Of a DNA stretch of 64,000 nt, positions 1-8,695 are shown in pieces. The stretch spans positions 549,136 to 613,135 of the forward strand of contig JANWJF010000001.1 of the NCBI GenBank assembly GCA_025449535.1, given 5' to 3'. Under the pieces are notes generated by a model. It was not told where the DNA came from. It searched no databases and was given only the letters and a program-made list of their open reading frames with translations. How positions within the stretch are numbered: position 1 is the first letter of the stretch; every line of letters begins with the position of its first letter. Made by a program: the position numbers and the translations under genes. The stretch is from Candidatus Saccharimonadia bacterium. GTDB taxonomy: Bacteria; Patescibacteriota; SICC01.

Positions 1-213
1 ACCGCGGCCGGGGGAAAGAAGCTCCTCGAGATCGTCCGGGAACCCGGTTCGACGGATCGGCTCGACGTCACCTTGGTCGGACTGGTGGTCTCCGGCGTCG
101 TGGGCTACGCGACCATCAAGTATCTGCTCAAGTTCCTGGCCCATCACAAGCTGGACGTATTCGCCTGGTACCGGTTGGCGCTGGCGGCGGTCATCATCCT
201 GACGCTGCTGTAA
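1..213 (+). CDS. uppP: Undecaprenyl-diphosphate phosphatase (BacA/UppP), 3' end only
   Basis: Frame 1 reads ...GLVVSGVVGYATIKYLLKFLAHHKLDVFAWYRLALAAVIILTLL*; matches the UppP C-terminal F-x-x-YR pattern; 5' part lies outside the window. Confidence 0.85.
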   Translation, partial: TAAGGKKLLEIVREPGSTDRLDVTLVGLVVSGVVGYATIKYLLKFLAHHKLDVFAWYRLALAAVIILTLL

Positions 214-223
214 GCTGGAAGAA

Positions 224-640
224 ATGGACACGAACAAGACCGCCTATGTTGCCAGTCGCGTCCGCGAAGCGGACCGCGCCAAGGCCTTGGCGAAAGGACT
301 TGCGGACATCGGCTACCGGACCATCCTCGACTGGACGAGTTACGAGCCCAAGAAACCGTACCGTGAGAACCGGACCGCCAACCGCGAGTTTTCCATTCAG
401 GCGGTGGAAGCTGCTCGGGATGCCGACGTATTCGTCCTGCTAGATGCGCCGGGCATGGTCGGCGCGTACATCGAGACCGGTGTCGCGATCGCGGAGACGC
501 TCCGTAATCCGAAGAAGCGGGTGTTCGTAGCGGGTGAGCCGATGCGGGACTCGGTCTTCTTCAGCCTGCCATCCGTCGAATACGTCGACTCGACCGAGGA
601 GATCGTCGAGGCCCTGACGCCACAGAAGGCAGCCGTCTGA
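224..640 (+). CDS. Nucleoside 2-deoxyribosyltransferase-like protein
   Basis: AYVAS...DADVFVLL...GAYIETGVA Rossmann-like pattern typical of this family. Confidence 0.65.
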   Translation: MDTNKTAYVASRVREADRAKALAKGLADIGYRTILDWTSYEPKKPYRENRTANREFSIQAVEAARDADVFVLLDAPGMVGAYIETGVAIAETLRNPKKRVFVAGEPMRDSVFFSLPSVEYVDSTEEIVEALTPQKAAV

Positions 641-641
641 G

Positions 642-1277
642 ATGGTCACCGACTTCATCGAATGGGTCTCGCATCTGGCCGTCGCGCTGATCGAGTCGCT
701 CGGGTACTTCGGGATCTTCCTCGGCATGGCGATCGAGTCGATCAACATCCCCCTGCCGTCCGAGGTGCTGATGACGTTTTCCGGCGCCTTGGTCGCCCAA
801 GGCGAGTTCGACTTCTGGCTGGTGGTGCTGCTCGGCGCGCTCGGCAACGTGGTCGGGTCCGTCGGCAACTATTATCTGGCGGCGTACGGCGGTCGGCCGC
901 TGTTCGAGAAGTACGGGAAGTACGTCCTGGTGCATCACAAGGACCTTGAGCTGGCGGACCGTTGGTTCAAGAAGTACGGCCTGGCGACGGTCTTCTTCAC
1001 CCGGATGTTGCCGGTGGTCCGGACGTTCATCTCGTTCCCGGCCGGCCTCTCCCGCGTACCGATGGTGCCGTTCATCCTGCTGACCTTCGCTGGCTCCTTC
1101 ATCTGGTGCGTGTTCCTGACCTACCTCGGATTCTACTTCGGCGAGAACTACGAGGAACAGATCCGACCGATCTTCAAGCAGTTCGACCTGTTGATCGGAG
1201 CCGCCATCGTCGCGCTGGTGGTCTGGTACGTCCTGCGCCACTTCGATATCAAGATCTTCCGGCGCAAGGACCGGTAG
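642..1277 (+). CDS. DedA family membrane protein
   Basis: ESINIPLPSE, YYLAAYGGR and FFTRMLPVVRTFISFPAG motifs. Confidence 0.93.
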   Translation: MVTDFIEWVSHLAVALIESLGYFGIFLGMAIESINIPLPSEVLMTFSGALVAQGEFDFWLVVLLGALGNVVGSVGNYYLAAYGGRPLFEKYGKYVLVHHKDLELADRWFKKYGLATVFFTRMLPVVRTFISFPAGLSRVPMVPFILLTFAGSFIWCVFLTYLGFYFGENYEEQIRPIFKQFDLLIGAAIVALVVWYVLRHFDIKIFRRKDR

Positions 1278-1287
1278 CCGTTAATTC

Positions 1288-1346
1288 TTGTTCGAACGAA
1301 GCGAGAACTGCATAGTTTGGAGTTCTCGGCCTTTGGCCTCGAACAA
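1288..1346. repeat. REP/MITE-like palindromic element
   Basis: TTGTTCGA-ACGAAG-CGAGAACT ... AGTTCTCG-GCCTTTGGCC-TCGAACAA: nested inverted repeats in the gap between convergent genes. Confidence 0.6.
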
Positions 1347-1363
1347 TAACCAGTCGAGGTTAT

Positions 1364-1823
1364 AATCCGTCCAGTCAGTCGGGCGGGATAGAGCGTTTAG
1401 AAAGAATAAACGCCCCATCCCGGAGTCCCCACTGCGTATTCACGGTTCCTGGGGTTGCTGCCGTTGGCTTGATCGGGCTTGTCGTTGTCGGCGCCTCCGG
1501 CGGCCGGCGAACGATGCGATGACCCAGAGGATTCCGGCGAGCATCGCAACGATCGCGAAGGTCCGAATCTCCGAGTCGTAGTTGGCGCCGACGAAGGTCG
1601 CCGCGAATGCGACGGCCGCGATGACGAAACAGGTCTCTTTGGCGCCTTTCGGCATGAACAGTCCGATGAACGCGAAGAAGAGCGCGACGGTCCATCCGGT
1701 CTCGATCAACCCGGGGTTGAACGCGACCAAGACCAGGCACACCACTGCCAGCAGGATGACGAAACGGGTCATCGGGATTTCCTTTCCTAGACGGTACGCA
1801 ATAAGGGACTGACTGGACGGATT
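1364..1823. repeat. Perfect 17-bp inverted repeat pair enclosing the 1440-1772 gene
   Basis: AATCCGTCCAGTCAGTC at 1364-1380 and GACTGACTGGACGGATT at 1807-1823. Confidence 0.95.
1440..1772 (-). CDS. Hypothetical small multi-pass membrane protein with basic C-terminal tail
   Basis: 110 aa, about four hydrophobic segments then RRRRRQRQ; purine-rich GGAAAGGA upstream of ATG. Confidence 0.75.
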   Translation of the reverse strand: MTRFVILLAVVCLVLVAFNPGLIETGWTVALFFAFIGLFMPKGAKETCFVIAAVAFAATFVGANYDSEIRTFAIVAMLAGILWVIASFAGRRRRRQRQARSSQRQQPQEP

Positions 1824-1841
1824 TTCAAAGGACGGTGGGTA

Positions 1842-1892
1842 ACCGTACCATATGCTTATTTTATTGACAACAGAGGCACTTTTTGATATTGT
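1842..1892. promoter_or_regulatory. Back-to-back sigma70 promoters with overlapping -35 boxes
   Basis: Plus: TTGACA(1864-1869)-17nt-TATTGT(1887-1892). Minus: TTGTCA(1870-1865)-17nt-TACGGT(1847-1842). Confidence 0.7.
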
Positions 1893-2009
1893 GAGCAGCT
1901 TCAGGCGACGGCTGGCAGCTTAACAAGGGAGTTCTTCGAGTGTGACACCAGGGCGGCCCGGCCGCTCCGGTCTCGCACTCGAAAGCTACCTACGACAAGC
2001 GAAAAGGAG

Positions 2010-2666
2010 ATGAGAGCGTTGAAGACCAGGCTCTTGCTCGCAGTACCGGCAGTATTCGCAGTGCTCCTCTGGGGCGTGGCTCCGGTCGGGGCGCAGGGAC
2101 CTTTCCATCAGGGAGCGTTCCCCGGGCTCGAGAAGTCTTCAGGCTCGCATCGCGCACAGTGCCCGGCAAACAGCAATCCCCATTCCAAGGGTGATTGCCA
2201 AAGTCGGCATGGACAGCTGAGTTCCGATGGTCTGTCCTACGCATGCGGATTTCCGACTATCCCGCATTCGGACTGTACTCCACCCCCGATCGACTACAGG
2301 CCGCCGGTTGCAACCGGCCACAACGAGCACCCGCCAGGTGACCCCTATTGGAGAGAACGCGAACTCGACAAGAAGGAGAAGCGTCTCGCCAGGGACGAAC
2401 GGTACGTCCTTAACTGGGAAGGCGAATTGCTGCAACGGGAAGACAAGGTGGAAAGGGTCGAAGCCGACTGGCAGGCTCTGCTCGCGGCCTGTCTCTTCGG
2501 ACTCTGGATCGGTGGCTGCATAGCGGCTGCTATCGCCGGATGGGCAATCAAGTACGACCCTGAAAAGAAGACGGCGGAAAAGATCCGGAACTGGTGGTTC
2601 TTCGCCCCGTGGGCAACCCTGTTGACTCTCTGGGCCTGCAACGCCATCGCGGGCTACATCATCTGA
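2010..2666 (+). CDS. Hypothetical exported/membrane protein
   Basis: Signal-peptide-like N-terminus, Cys/Pro/His-rich region, coiled coil, two C-terminal TM helices; SD AAGGAG. Confidence 0.7.
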   Translation: MRALKTRLLLAVPAVFAVLLWGVAPVGAQGPFHQGAFPGLEKSSGSHRAQCPANSNPHSKGDCQSRHGQLSSDGLSYACGFPTIPHSDCTPPPIDYRPPVATGHNEHPPGDPYWRERELDKKEKRLARDERYVLNWEGELLQREDKVERVEADWQALLAACLFGLWIGGCIAAAIAGWAIKYDPEKKTAEKIRNWWFFAPWATLLTLWACNAIAGYII

Positions 2667-2737
2667 AGCGTCAAATAAACCGATTCTATGAATCGGCCGA
2701 TCATTTATCCCCGAAAGGGTCTTTGGATCGGAGCAGT

Positions 2738-2758
2738 ACCTCTTCGGAGGTCTTTTTT
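2738..2758 (+). terminator. Intrinsic terminator
   Basis: ACCTC-TTCG-GAGGT followed by CTTTTTT. Confidence 0.65.
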
Positions 2759-2762
2759 GATG

Positions 2763-3218
2763 TCAGTCGTTCCAGTGCCGCGGCACCAGGTCGAACGCGA
2801 ATAGCGAGGCGACGAAGGCGGCGACCAACGTGAGAAAGAGGGCCAGCAGGAGGGCGGTCAGCCGCGGATGCGTTTTCACGAAGCGGACCACCGCTTTGGT
2901 GAAGGAACTGTTCTTGGCGTTGTCCGCATGCTCGAGCGCCTTGGCCAGCAAGCGTTCCGCCCAGTGGAATTCCAGCGCCAGCAAGTAGAGACCGACCGGG
3001 ATCACGGCGAAGGCCGGCCCGGGCAGGGCCAGCAGGGCCAGGCCGGCGAACGTGATGACGCCGCCACCGACGATGGTCAGTCCGCGCACGAACTTGCTGC
3101 GCTGCCGGTGCTTCAGGCGCTTCTCGCGCAGCTTCGCGATCAAGGGGAACCGCTCCAACAATTCGTCGGGATCCAGCCGGTCCAACCGGCGCTTCCGTCG
3201 TGGTCGGGGATTTCCCAT
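2763..3218 (-). CDS. PGPGW-domain membrane protein
   Basis: LLALPGPAFAVIPVGLYLLALEFHWA matches the PGPGW family pattern. Confidence 0.8.
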   Translation of the reverse strand: MGNPRPRRKRRLDRLDPDELLERFPLIAKLREKRLKHRQRSKFVRGLTIVGGGVITFAGLALLALPGPAFAVIPVGLYLLALEFHWAERLLAKALEHADNAKNSSFTKAVVRFVKTHPRLTALLLALFLTLVAAFVASLFAFDLVPRHWND

Positions 3219-3243
3219 GCGCCCGGATGATACACTAAATCCC

Positions 3244-3603
3244 GTGGCTTCCCGGAATAAGCTGGCATTCTATTACTTCGCAGGCGCGATCGTCCTGTTC
3301 GCGATCGGATACGGCTTGGCTTGGTTCTCCGAGCAGCCTCTTTTCTCGAAGGAAGTGTTCCCGCAGAACATCCATGAGGAACCGAAGCAGGAACCCAGTC
3401 GGACGCCGCTGCCGGACGAAGGACAGCAAGGCGAAGCGACCGCCTCAGTGAAGCCGGGTCGGCAGTACGAGGTGCAGCCCGGCGACACGATCAGCTCCGT
3501 GGCCGAGGCGAACGACCTCAGCTTCGAGGAGCTGGCCCAGTACAACGACATCCCGTATCCGTACAACCTGGCCGTCGGTCAGGTGATCGTGATCCCGGAA
3601 TGA
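3244..3603 (+). CDS. Membrane-anchored LysM-domain protein
   Basis: N-terminal TM; C-terminal YEVQPGDTISSVA...LAQYNDI...LAVGQVIVIP; GTG start chosen 7 nt after TACACT. Confidence 0.88.
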   Translation: MASRNKLAFYYFAGAIVLFAIGYGLAWFSEQPLFSKEVFPQNIHEEPKQEPSRTPLPDEGQQGEATASVKPGRQYEVQPGDTISSVAEANDLSFEELAQYNDIPYPYNLAVGQVIVIPE

Positions 3604-4874
3604 CAAAGCAAGCGTTCTCAACCCGCGTCCTGCCGAACGGCCTGACCATCATGACGGTCCCTCGCGAAGGCACCGAGGCCGCAACGGTCAGCTTCCTGTT
3701 CCGCGGCGGCAGCCGGTACGAGTCGCCGGAGACGAACGGCCTGGCGCACTTCAATGAACATATGGTGTTCAAGGGTGGCGAACGGTACCCGGATTACCGG
3801 GACGTCCGGAAGGCGTTCGACCAGGTCGGGGCCGTCAACAACGCCTACACCGGAGAGGAGATCACCGGGTTCTGGGCGAAGACCCCGGCGGCGCACATCC
3901 TCAACGTCGTCGACGTCTGGAGCGACATCCTGACCGCGGCGAAGTACGACCCGGCGGAACTCGACAAGGAGCGCGGCGTGATCGTCGAAGAGATCAACAT
4001 GTATGAGGACGATCCGGCCTCGGACATCCAGCACGTACTGGAAGTGGTCACTTTCCCGGACCATCCGTTGGGCCGGCCGACACTCGGTCCCAAGGAGAAC
4101 ATCCGCCGGTTCACGCCGGATGACTTCCGGGCGTACGACCGGACGCACCAGACGCCGGATCGCTGCGTCCTCACCATCGCCGGGAAGCTGGACGGCCTCG
4201 ACCAGGCCGTACTGGACGGGAAGCTGGAGGCGTTCACCGGCTCCAGCGACGTCGCTCCGGAACCGGCCCGGTTCAAGGGCGACGGACCGCGGCTCAAGCT
4301 GAAGCACAAGGAGACCGAGCAGACGCATCTTGCCTTCGCGCTCCGGGGACCGTCCCTGCGGGACGAGAAGCGGCGTGCCGTTTTCAGCATGTTGGCGCAT
4401 GTGCTGGGCAGCGCCAGCGGCCGGCTGTTCGACGAGGTGCGCGAGAAGCGCGGTCTGGCGTACTACGTCTACGCCGTACCGGACCAGCTCACGGACGCCG
4501 GCATCCTAGTGGTCGCCGCCGGGGTCCGCAACGACCAGGCCGTCGAGGCGACGAAGGCCATCGTCGGGGAGCTGAAGCGGCTCCGCGACGGCGACCTTCC
4601 TGACGACGAACTCTCGGTGATCCGCGAGTCGCTGCTGGGCCGGTTGGCGCTCCGCTGGGAGGATTCGCAGGCCCTGGCCGAGTTCTACGGACGCCAGCAG
4701 CTGCTACTCGGCAAGGTCCGGGCGACGGACGAACTGCTCAAGGAGCTCAAGGCTGTGACGGCGAAAGAGATCGTCTCGCTCGCCAAGGAGATCGTCCGGG
4801 ACGACGACCTCACGATGGCGGCGATCGGCCCGCAGGACGAAGGCAAGCTCAAGGCCGAGCTGTCGTTCGGGTAG
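3600..4874 (+). CDS. M16 (pitrilysin-family) zinc peptidase
   Basis: GLAHFNEHMVFKG (HxxEH), NAYT, and RLFDEVREKRGLAYYV motifs. Confidence 0.93.
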   Translation: MTKQAFSTRVLPNGLTIMTVPREGTEAATVSFLFRGGSRYESPETNGLAHFNEHMVFKGGERYPDYRDVRKAFDQVGAVNNAYTGEEITGFWAKTPAAHILNVVDVWSDILTAAKYDPAELDKERGVIVEEINMYEDDPASDIQHVLEVVTFPDHPLGRPTLGPKENIRRFTPDDFRAYDRTHQTPDRCVLTIAGKLDGLDQAVLDGKLEAFTGSSDVAPEPARFKGDGPRLKLKHKETEQTHLAFALRGPSLRDEKRRAVFSMLAHVLGSASGRLFDEVREKRGLAYYVYAVPDQLTDAGILVVAAGVRNDQAVEATKAIVGELKRLRDGDLPDDELSVIRESLLGRLALRWEDSQALAEFYGRQQLLLGKVRATDELLKELKAVTAKEIVSLAKEIVRDDDLTMAAIGPQDEGKLKAELSFG

Positions 4875-4889
4875 CGCCCCGTCCCCCGG

Positions 4890-5294
4890 TCACTCCTGGT
4901 TCGGAGGGGCGAACTCGCGGAGCCAGGCCTCGGCTTCCGCTTCGGTCTCGAAGATCCTGACCTGGTTCGTCTTGCCGGTGATGTTGAGCATCAGCTGGCC
5001 CACGACGCGCAGCGAGGGAGCGACTCCGAACGCGGCGATCCGGTCGAAGTAACGCGTACTCAGGGTGTGCTTCATCTCGTTCCGGGCCGCCTGAGTCTGC
5101 CCGCCGATCTGCGAGAAATCGGACATGATCAGGACCGGCTCGTGCTTGGCCTGGAGTTCGGCGACGATCTGCTCGGTCTCGGCGGTCGACGTCTGTACCG
5201 TCTCCGCCGTCTGGTCGCCGACGTAGCGATGGCGGATCAGCCCGTTCTCGAGGGAGACGCGGACGGTACCGGAGCTGGCGGGGTCGGCGGTCAT
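4890..5294 (-). CDS. STAS/SEC14 (SpoIIAA-like) domain protein
   Basis: RIAAFG...RIFETEAEAEAWL C-terminal signature; start could be 5294, 5297 or 5303. Confidence 0.7.
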   Translation of the reverse strand: MTADPASSGTVRVSLENGLIRHRYVGDQTAETVQTSTAETEQIVAELQAKHEPVLIMSDFSQIGGQTQAARNEMKHTLSTRYFDRIAAFGVAPSLRVVGQLMLNITGKTNQVRIFETEAEAEAWLREFAPPNQE

Positions 5295-5364
5295 CATACG
5301 CATTCTACCAAGTCACCGCCGTGGGGATGACGACCGGGGCCGAAAACCGCTAAGCTAGTACGGT

Positions 5365-5961
5365 ATGAAACAGATCAAGGAAGAACGCACCCTCGTGCTC
5401 GTGAAGCCGGACGGTGTCATGCGCGGCCTCACTGGCGAGGTGATCAAGCGGATCGAACGGCGCGGACTCAAGGTCGTTGCGCTGAAGATGGTACAGGTCG
5501 ATCGCAAGCATCTGGAGGATCACTTTCCCAAGGAGGACTCCTGGATGGAACGCCTCGGCGAGAAGGGACTGAAGACCTTTGCCGAGTATAAGATCGACCC
5601 TAAGGAGCACATGGGCACCGACGACAAGAAGCAGATCGGCAAGATCGTGAAGGACAGCCTGTTCGAGTACATGACCTCGGGCCCGATCGTGGCGCTGGTG
5701 ATCGAAGGCATCCACGCGATCGACATGGTCCGGAAGCTGGCAGGGAACACGTTGCCGGTCTTCGCCGAGATGGGGACGGTCCGGGGCGACTTCTCCGTCG
5801 ACTCGCCGGCGGTAGCCAACGTCGAGAAGCGGGCGATCAAGAACATCATGCATGCCTCCGAGACGCCGGAAGAGGCCGCCAACGAGATCGACCTTTGGTT
5901 CGACAAGGACGAGATCCACGACTACCAGCGCGCCGAGCAATCCGTCGCGTTCGATGCCTGA
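5365..5961 (+). CDS. ndk: Nucleoside-diphosphate kinase (long form)
   Basis: ERTLVLVKPDGV, YMTSGP, GTVRGDF and NIMHASE motifs. Confidence 0.95.
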   Translation: MKQIKEERTLVLVKPDGVMRGLTGEVIKRIERRGLKVVALKMVQVDRKHLEDHFPKEDSWMERLGEKGLKTFAEYKIDPKEHMGTDDKKQIGKIVKDSLFEYMTSGPIVALVIEGIHAIDMVRKLAGNTLPVFAEMGTVRGDFSVDSPAVANVEKRAIKNIMHASETPEEAANEIDLWFDKDEIHDYQRAEQSVAFDA

Positions 5962-6412
5962 CGGCGGACCGCGACCGGGAATCAACTACGTAGGGATATC
6001 GACGTCTTTCTATTGCCACGACGGGAAGGGTCACTTCCTGCTGGCGCTTCGCGGAAAGAACTGCCGGGACGAGCAAGGGACCTGGGATCCCGGCGGCGGG
6101 CAGCTCGAGTTCGGCATGGCCGTGGATGAGAACGTCCTGACCGAGATCAGGGAGGAGTACGGTTGCGAAGGCACGATCCAGGAAGTCCTGCCGGCGTATT
6201 CTGTGTTCCGGGACCTGGACGGTGTCAGGACCCATTGGCTGGCGATCCCGCACTTCGTGTTGATCGAACGCGGTACGGAGCGCAACAACGAGCCGCACAA
6301 GTTCGATGACCTCGGGTGGTTTCCTTGCGGGGAATGGCCGCAGCCGCTGCATCAAGGGTTCGCCCAGGCCTACGAGCGGTACCGGGACCGGTTCGAGAAG
6401 TACCGAAGATAA
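5954..6412 (+). CDS. NUDIX hydrolase
   Basis: Nudix box GGGQLEFGMAVDENVLTEIREEYG; ATG 5954 overlaps the ndk 3' end. Confidence 0.85.
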   Translation: MPDGGPRPGINYVGISTSFYCHDGKGHFLLALRGKNCRDEQGTWDPGGGQLEFGMAVDENVLTEIREEYGCEGTIQEVLPAYSVFRDLDGVRTHWLAIPHFVLIERGTERNNEPHKFDDLGWFPCGEWPQPLHQGFAQAYERYRDRFEKYRR

Positions 6413-6470
6413 ACCCACCAGGCCGTCGAAAACATTTGCGTGCCTGCGGGTACTACAATGGTAGGCACCA

Positions 6471-6546
6471 GGCCCTGTAGCTCAGTGGACAGAGCGTCTC
6501 CGTCCTAAGGAGAGCGTCGGGGGTTCGAATCCCTCCAGGGCCTCCA
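6471..6546 (+). tRNA. tRNA-Arg(CCT), CCA encoded
   Basis: Acceptor GGCCCTG/CAGGGCC; anticodon arm TCTCC-GTCCTAA-GGAGA; GTTCGAAT T-loop. Confidence 0.92.
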
Positions 6547-6585
6547 AAGCCGCCACCCCGCCGGTAGGGTATACTGTGTCCGCTA

Positions 6586-7821
6586 ATGACCATCCTGGCA
6601 GAAGCCGAAGGAGGAGGTCTTGCGCTGGAACTCGAGCGCGAGGAGGGGAAGGCCAATCTGGTAGAGACCGTCGAACGCCTCGCAGCGGAGCGGGAGCGGA
6701 TCATCGTATTGATCGCCGGCGGTTCCTGTAGCGGCAAGACGACGGCCGCCCGGGAGCTCGCGGAACGGTTCGGGACTGATGCGCTGCTGGTCCCAACCGA
6801 TTCGTACTATCACGGACGGAGCCGGCTGCCAGACCTGCTGCCGCCGGGACACCACGATAACTTCGATCATCCCGACGCCGTGGAACTCGACCGACTGGCG
6901 GCCGACCTTCGGGCGCTCCGCGAAGGCAGGGTCGTCGAGATGCCGAACTACCAGTTCGATACCGCCGAACGGGCCGAGCCGGTCACGGTAGGGCCGAAGC
7001 CGATCATTATCGTCGAGGGTCTCTACGCGCTAAGCGAGCCGCTCCGGTCGATCGGTCCGGACTACGGCGTCTTCTTCGACGCCAGCCGGCACGGTAAGTT
7101 CATCCGGCGGTTGAAGCGGGAAGCCGGTGGCGCGGAACGGGACACCCGCGAGAGCGTCTACGATATCGTGGCTCGGATCGCGGAAATGGTGGAGCCGATG
7201 TACGAGCGGTATGTCGAGCCGACCCGCGCCCACGCCGACTTGATTGTCCGCAACGATTACACGCCCGAGGAATCCGCCGAACTGCCGCGCGTCGACCAGC
7301 TCAAGCTGCGCTGCCCGGAGGGGTTCGCGCTGCCCGAGCCGTATCGGACCGGCCGCGCCGTCCGCCAGGTGGACCACTATTTCTTCGACCCGGCGATGGC
7401 AGCCGGCGAGACCCTCCGGATGCGCAAGGAAGGCTCCGGGCCGGATCGGACGATGACGCTGTCGTATCGGGTATCGGGCCACGAGCGGCTCCCGCTCTTC
7501 CGGGGCCATCTGTCCGCGGAAGTCTCGGAGGACGTCAGCGGGTTATTGGAGCGGCTATACGGCTCGCGGCTGTTTGTCGAGAAGCGGCGCACGGAATACG
7601 CGCCGCCGTGCCTGGAGGGCGGCACCGTACACGTCGACACGGACGTCGAGGCTCGCTCGAACGGCCGCCGTGCGGAACTAGGCACGTTCGCCGAGTTCAG
7701 CGCGGTAGGCGAGATCACGCCGGTGGAAGCGCTCCGCCTGGAGCGGTCCGTGGGCCGCGCGCCGGAGGACATCGTGAACCGGAGCTACTACCAGCTGGCC
7801 CGCGAGGCGCTCGTCCTCTAA
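6586..7821 (+). CDS. udk: Uridine kinase fused to a C-terminal CYTH-like domain
   Basis: P-loop GGSCSGKT, DSYY, NFDHPDA, IIVEGLYAL; C-terminal QVDHYF...LRMR...EKRR...VHVD...GTFAEF resembles CYTH. Confidence 0.75.
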   Translation: MTILAEAEGGGLALELEREEGKANLVETVERLAAERERIIVLIAGGSCSGKTTAARELAERFGTDALLVPTDSYYHGRSRLPDLLPPGHHDNFDHPDAVELDRLAADLRALREGRVVEMPNYQFDTAERAEPVTVGPKPIIIVEGLYALSEPLRSIGPDYGVFFDASRHGKFIRRLKREAGGAERDTRESVYDIVARIAEMVEPMYERYVEPTRAHADLIVRNDYTPEESAELPRVDQLKLRCPEGFALPEPYRTGRAVRQVDHYFFDPAMAAGETLRMRKEGSGPDRTMTLSYRVSGHERLPLFRGHLSAEVSEDVSGLLERLYGSRLFVEKRRTEYAPPCLEGGTVHVDTDVEARSNGRRAELGTFAEFSAVGEITPVEALRLERSVGRAPEDIVNRSYYQLAREALVL

Positions 7822-7848
7822 GGTCCGATAATCCGGTAGAATGGCCGC

Positions 7849-8013
7849 GTGAAAGAAAAAACACGCAAACGCGTCCATTTGGCGGTCATCTGGACCCTGA
7901 TCCTGATCTTCGCGGCCAGCGGCGTGCTGCTCTATCTGCCCGGTTTGAACGGAACCGGCGACTCGTCGGCCACTCCGGCGCCTCCCCAGCAGCAAGCTTC
8001 GTTCGGATACTAG
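7849..8013 (+). CDS. Small single-TM protein (54 aa, not in ORF track)
   Basis: GTG start: MKEKTRKRVHLAVIWTLILIFAASGVLLYLPGLNGTGDSSATPAPPQQQASFGY*; TAGAAT 6 nt upstream. Confidence 0.65.
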   Translation: MKEKTRKRVHLAVIWTLILIFAASGVLLYLPGLNGTGDSSATPAPPQQQASFGY

Positions 8014-8023
8014 CGGGGGCGGC

Positions 8024-8695
8024 ATGCTGAACCCGTTCGACATCACCATCCAGAACCAGGCGGATGACGAGGAGATCGTCCGGGTCTGGCGTCACCATCC
8101 GGTCACGCTGGTGCCGCCGGCGCTCCGGGTGATCGCCTTCGCGCTGATCCCGCTGGCGCTGCTGTTCATCACCGGCTTCGCCTTGTTCGGGAGCGCGCTG
8201 CTGTTCGGGCTGTTCGTCGTGATCCTGGCGCTGGTACTGACCTACGCCGCCTACGAATGGGTCAGCTGGTGGGGCGACGTCTACATCCTCACCAACTATC
8301 GGATCATCGACGTGGAGCAACGGGGGTTCTTCCACCGGAGCTTCTCGGAAGCGACCCTCGGCAAGATCCAGGACATCTCGCACGAGGTGTCAGGGTTCCT
8401 GCCGACGGTCTTCAACTTCGGGAACGTGCTGGTGCAGACCGCCGGCTCGCTTCCGAACATCGACCTTAACGACGTGAAGAAGCCGCAGGACCAGGCCCTG
8501 TATCTGCTGCGTGCCCAGCAGGCGTACTTGGAGAACGAGGACAAGGATATCTCCGCCGGGGAGCTGATCGAACTGCTGACCAAGCATCGCGGCCGGCTGG
8601 ACGAGCTGGCGGAGGAGGACCGCAAGCGGCGCAAGGACGGCATCGGCAAGCAGATGGACAAGAACCAGGGCAAGGGAAAGCCGAAGAAGCGATGA
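8024..8695 (+). CDS. Bacterial PH-domain (bPH_2-like) membrane protein
   Basis: Two TMs then YILTNYRIIDVEQRGFF...KIQDIS...FNFGNVLVQTAG. Confidence 0.85.
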   Translation: MLNPFDITIQNQADDEEIVRVWRHHPVTLVPPALRVIAFALIPLALLFITGFALFGSALLFGLFVVILALVLTYAAYEWVSWWGDVYILTNYRIIDVEQRGFFHRSFSEATLGKIQDISHEVSGFLPTVFNFGNVLVQTAGSLPNIDLNDVKKPQDQALYLLRAQQAYLENEDKDISAGELIELLTKHRGRLDELAEEDRKRRKDGIGKQMDKNQGKGKPKKR

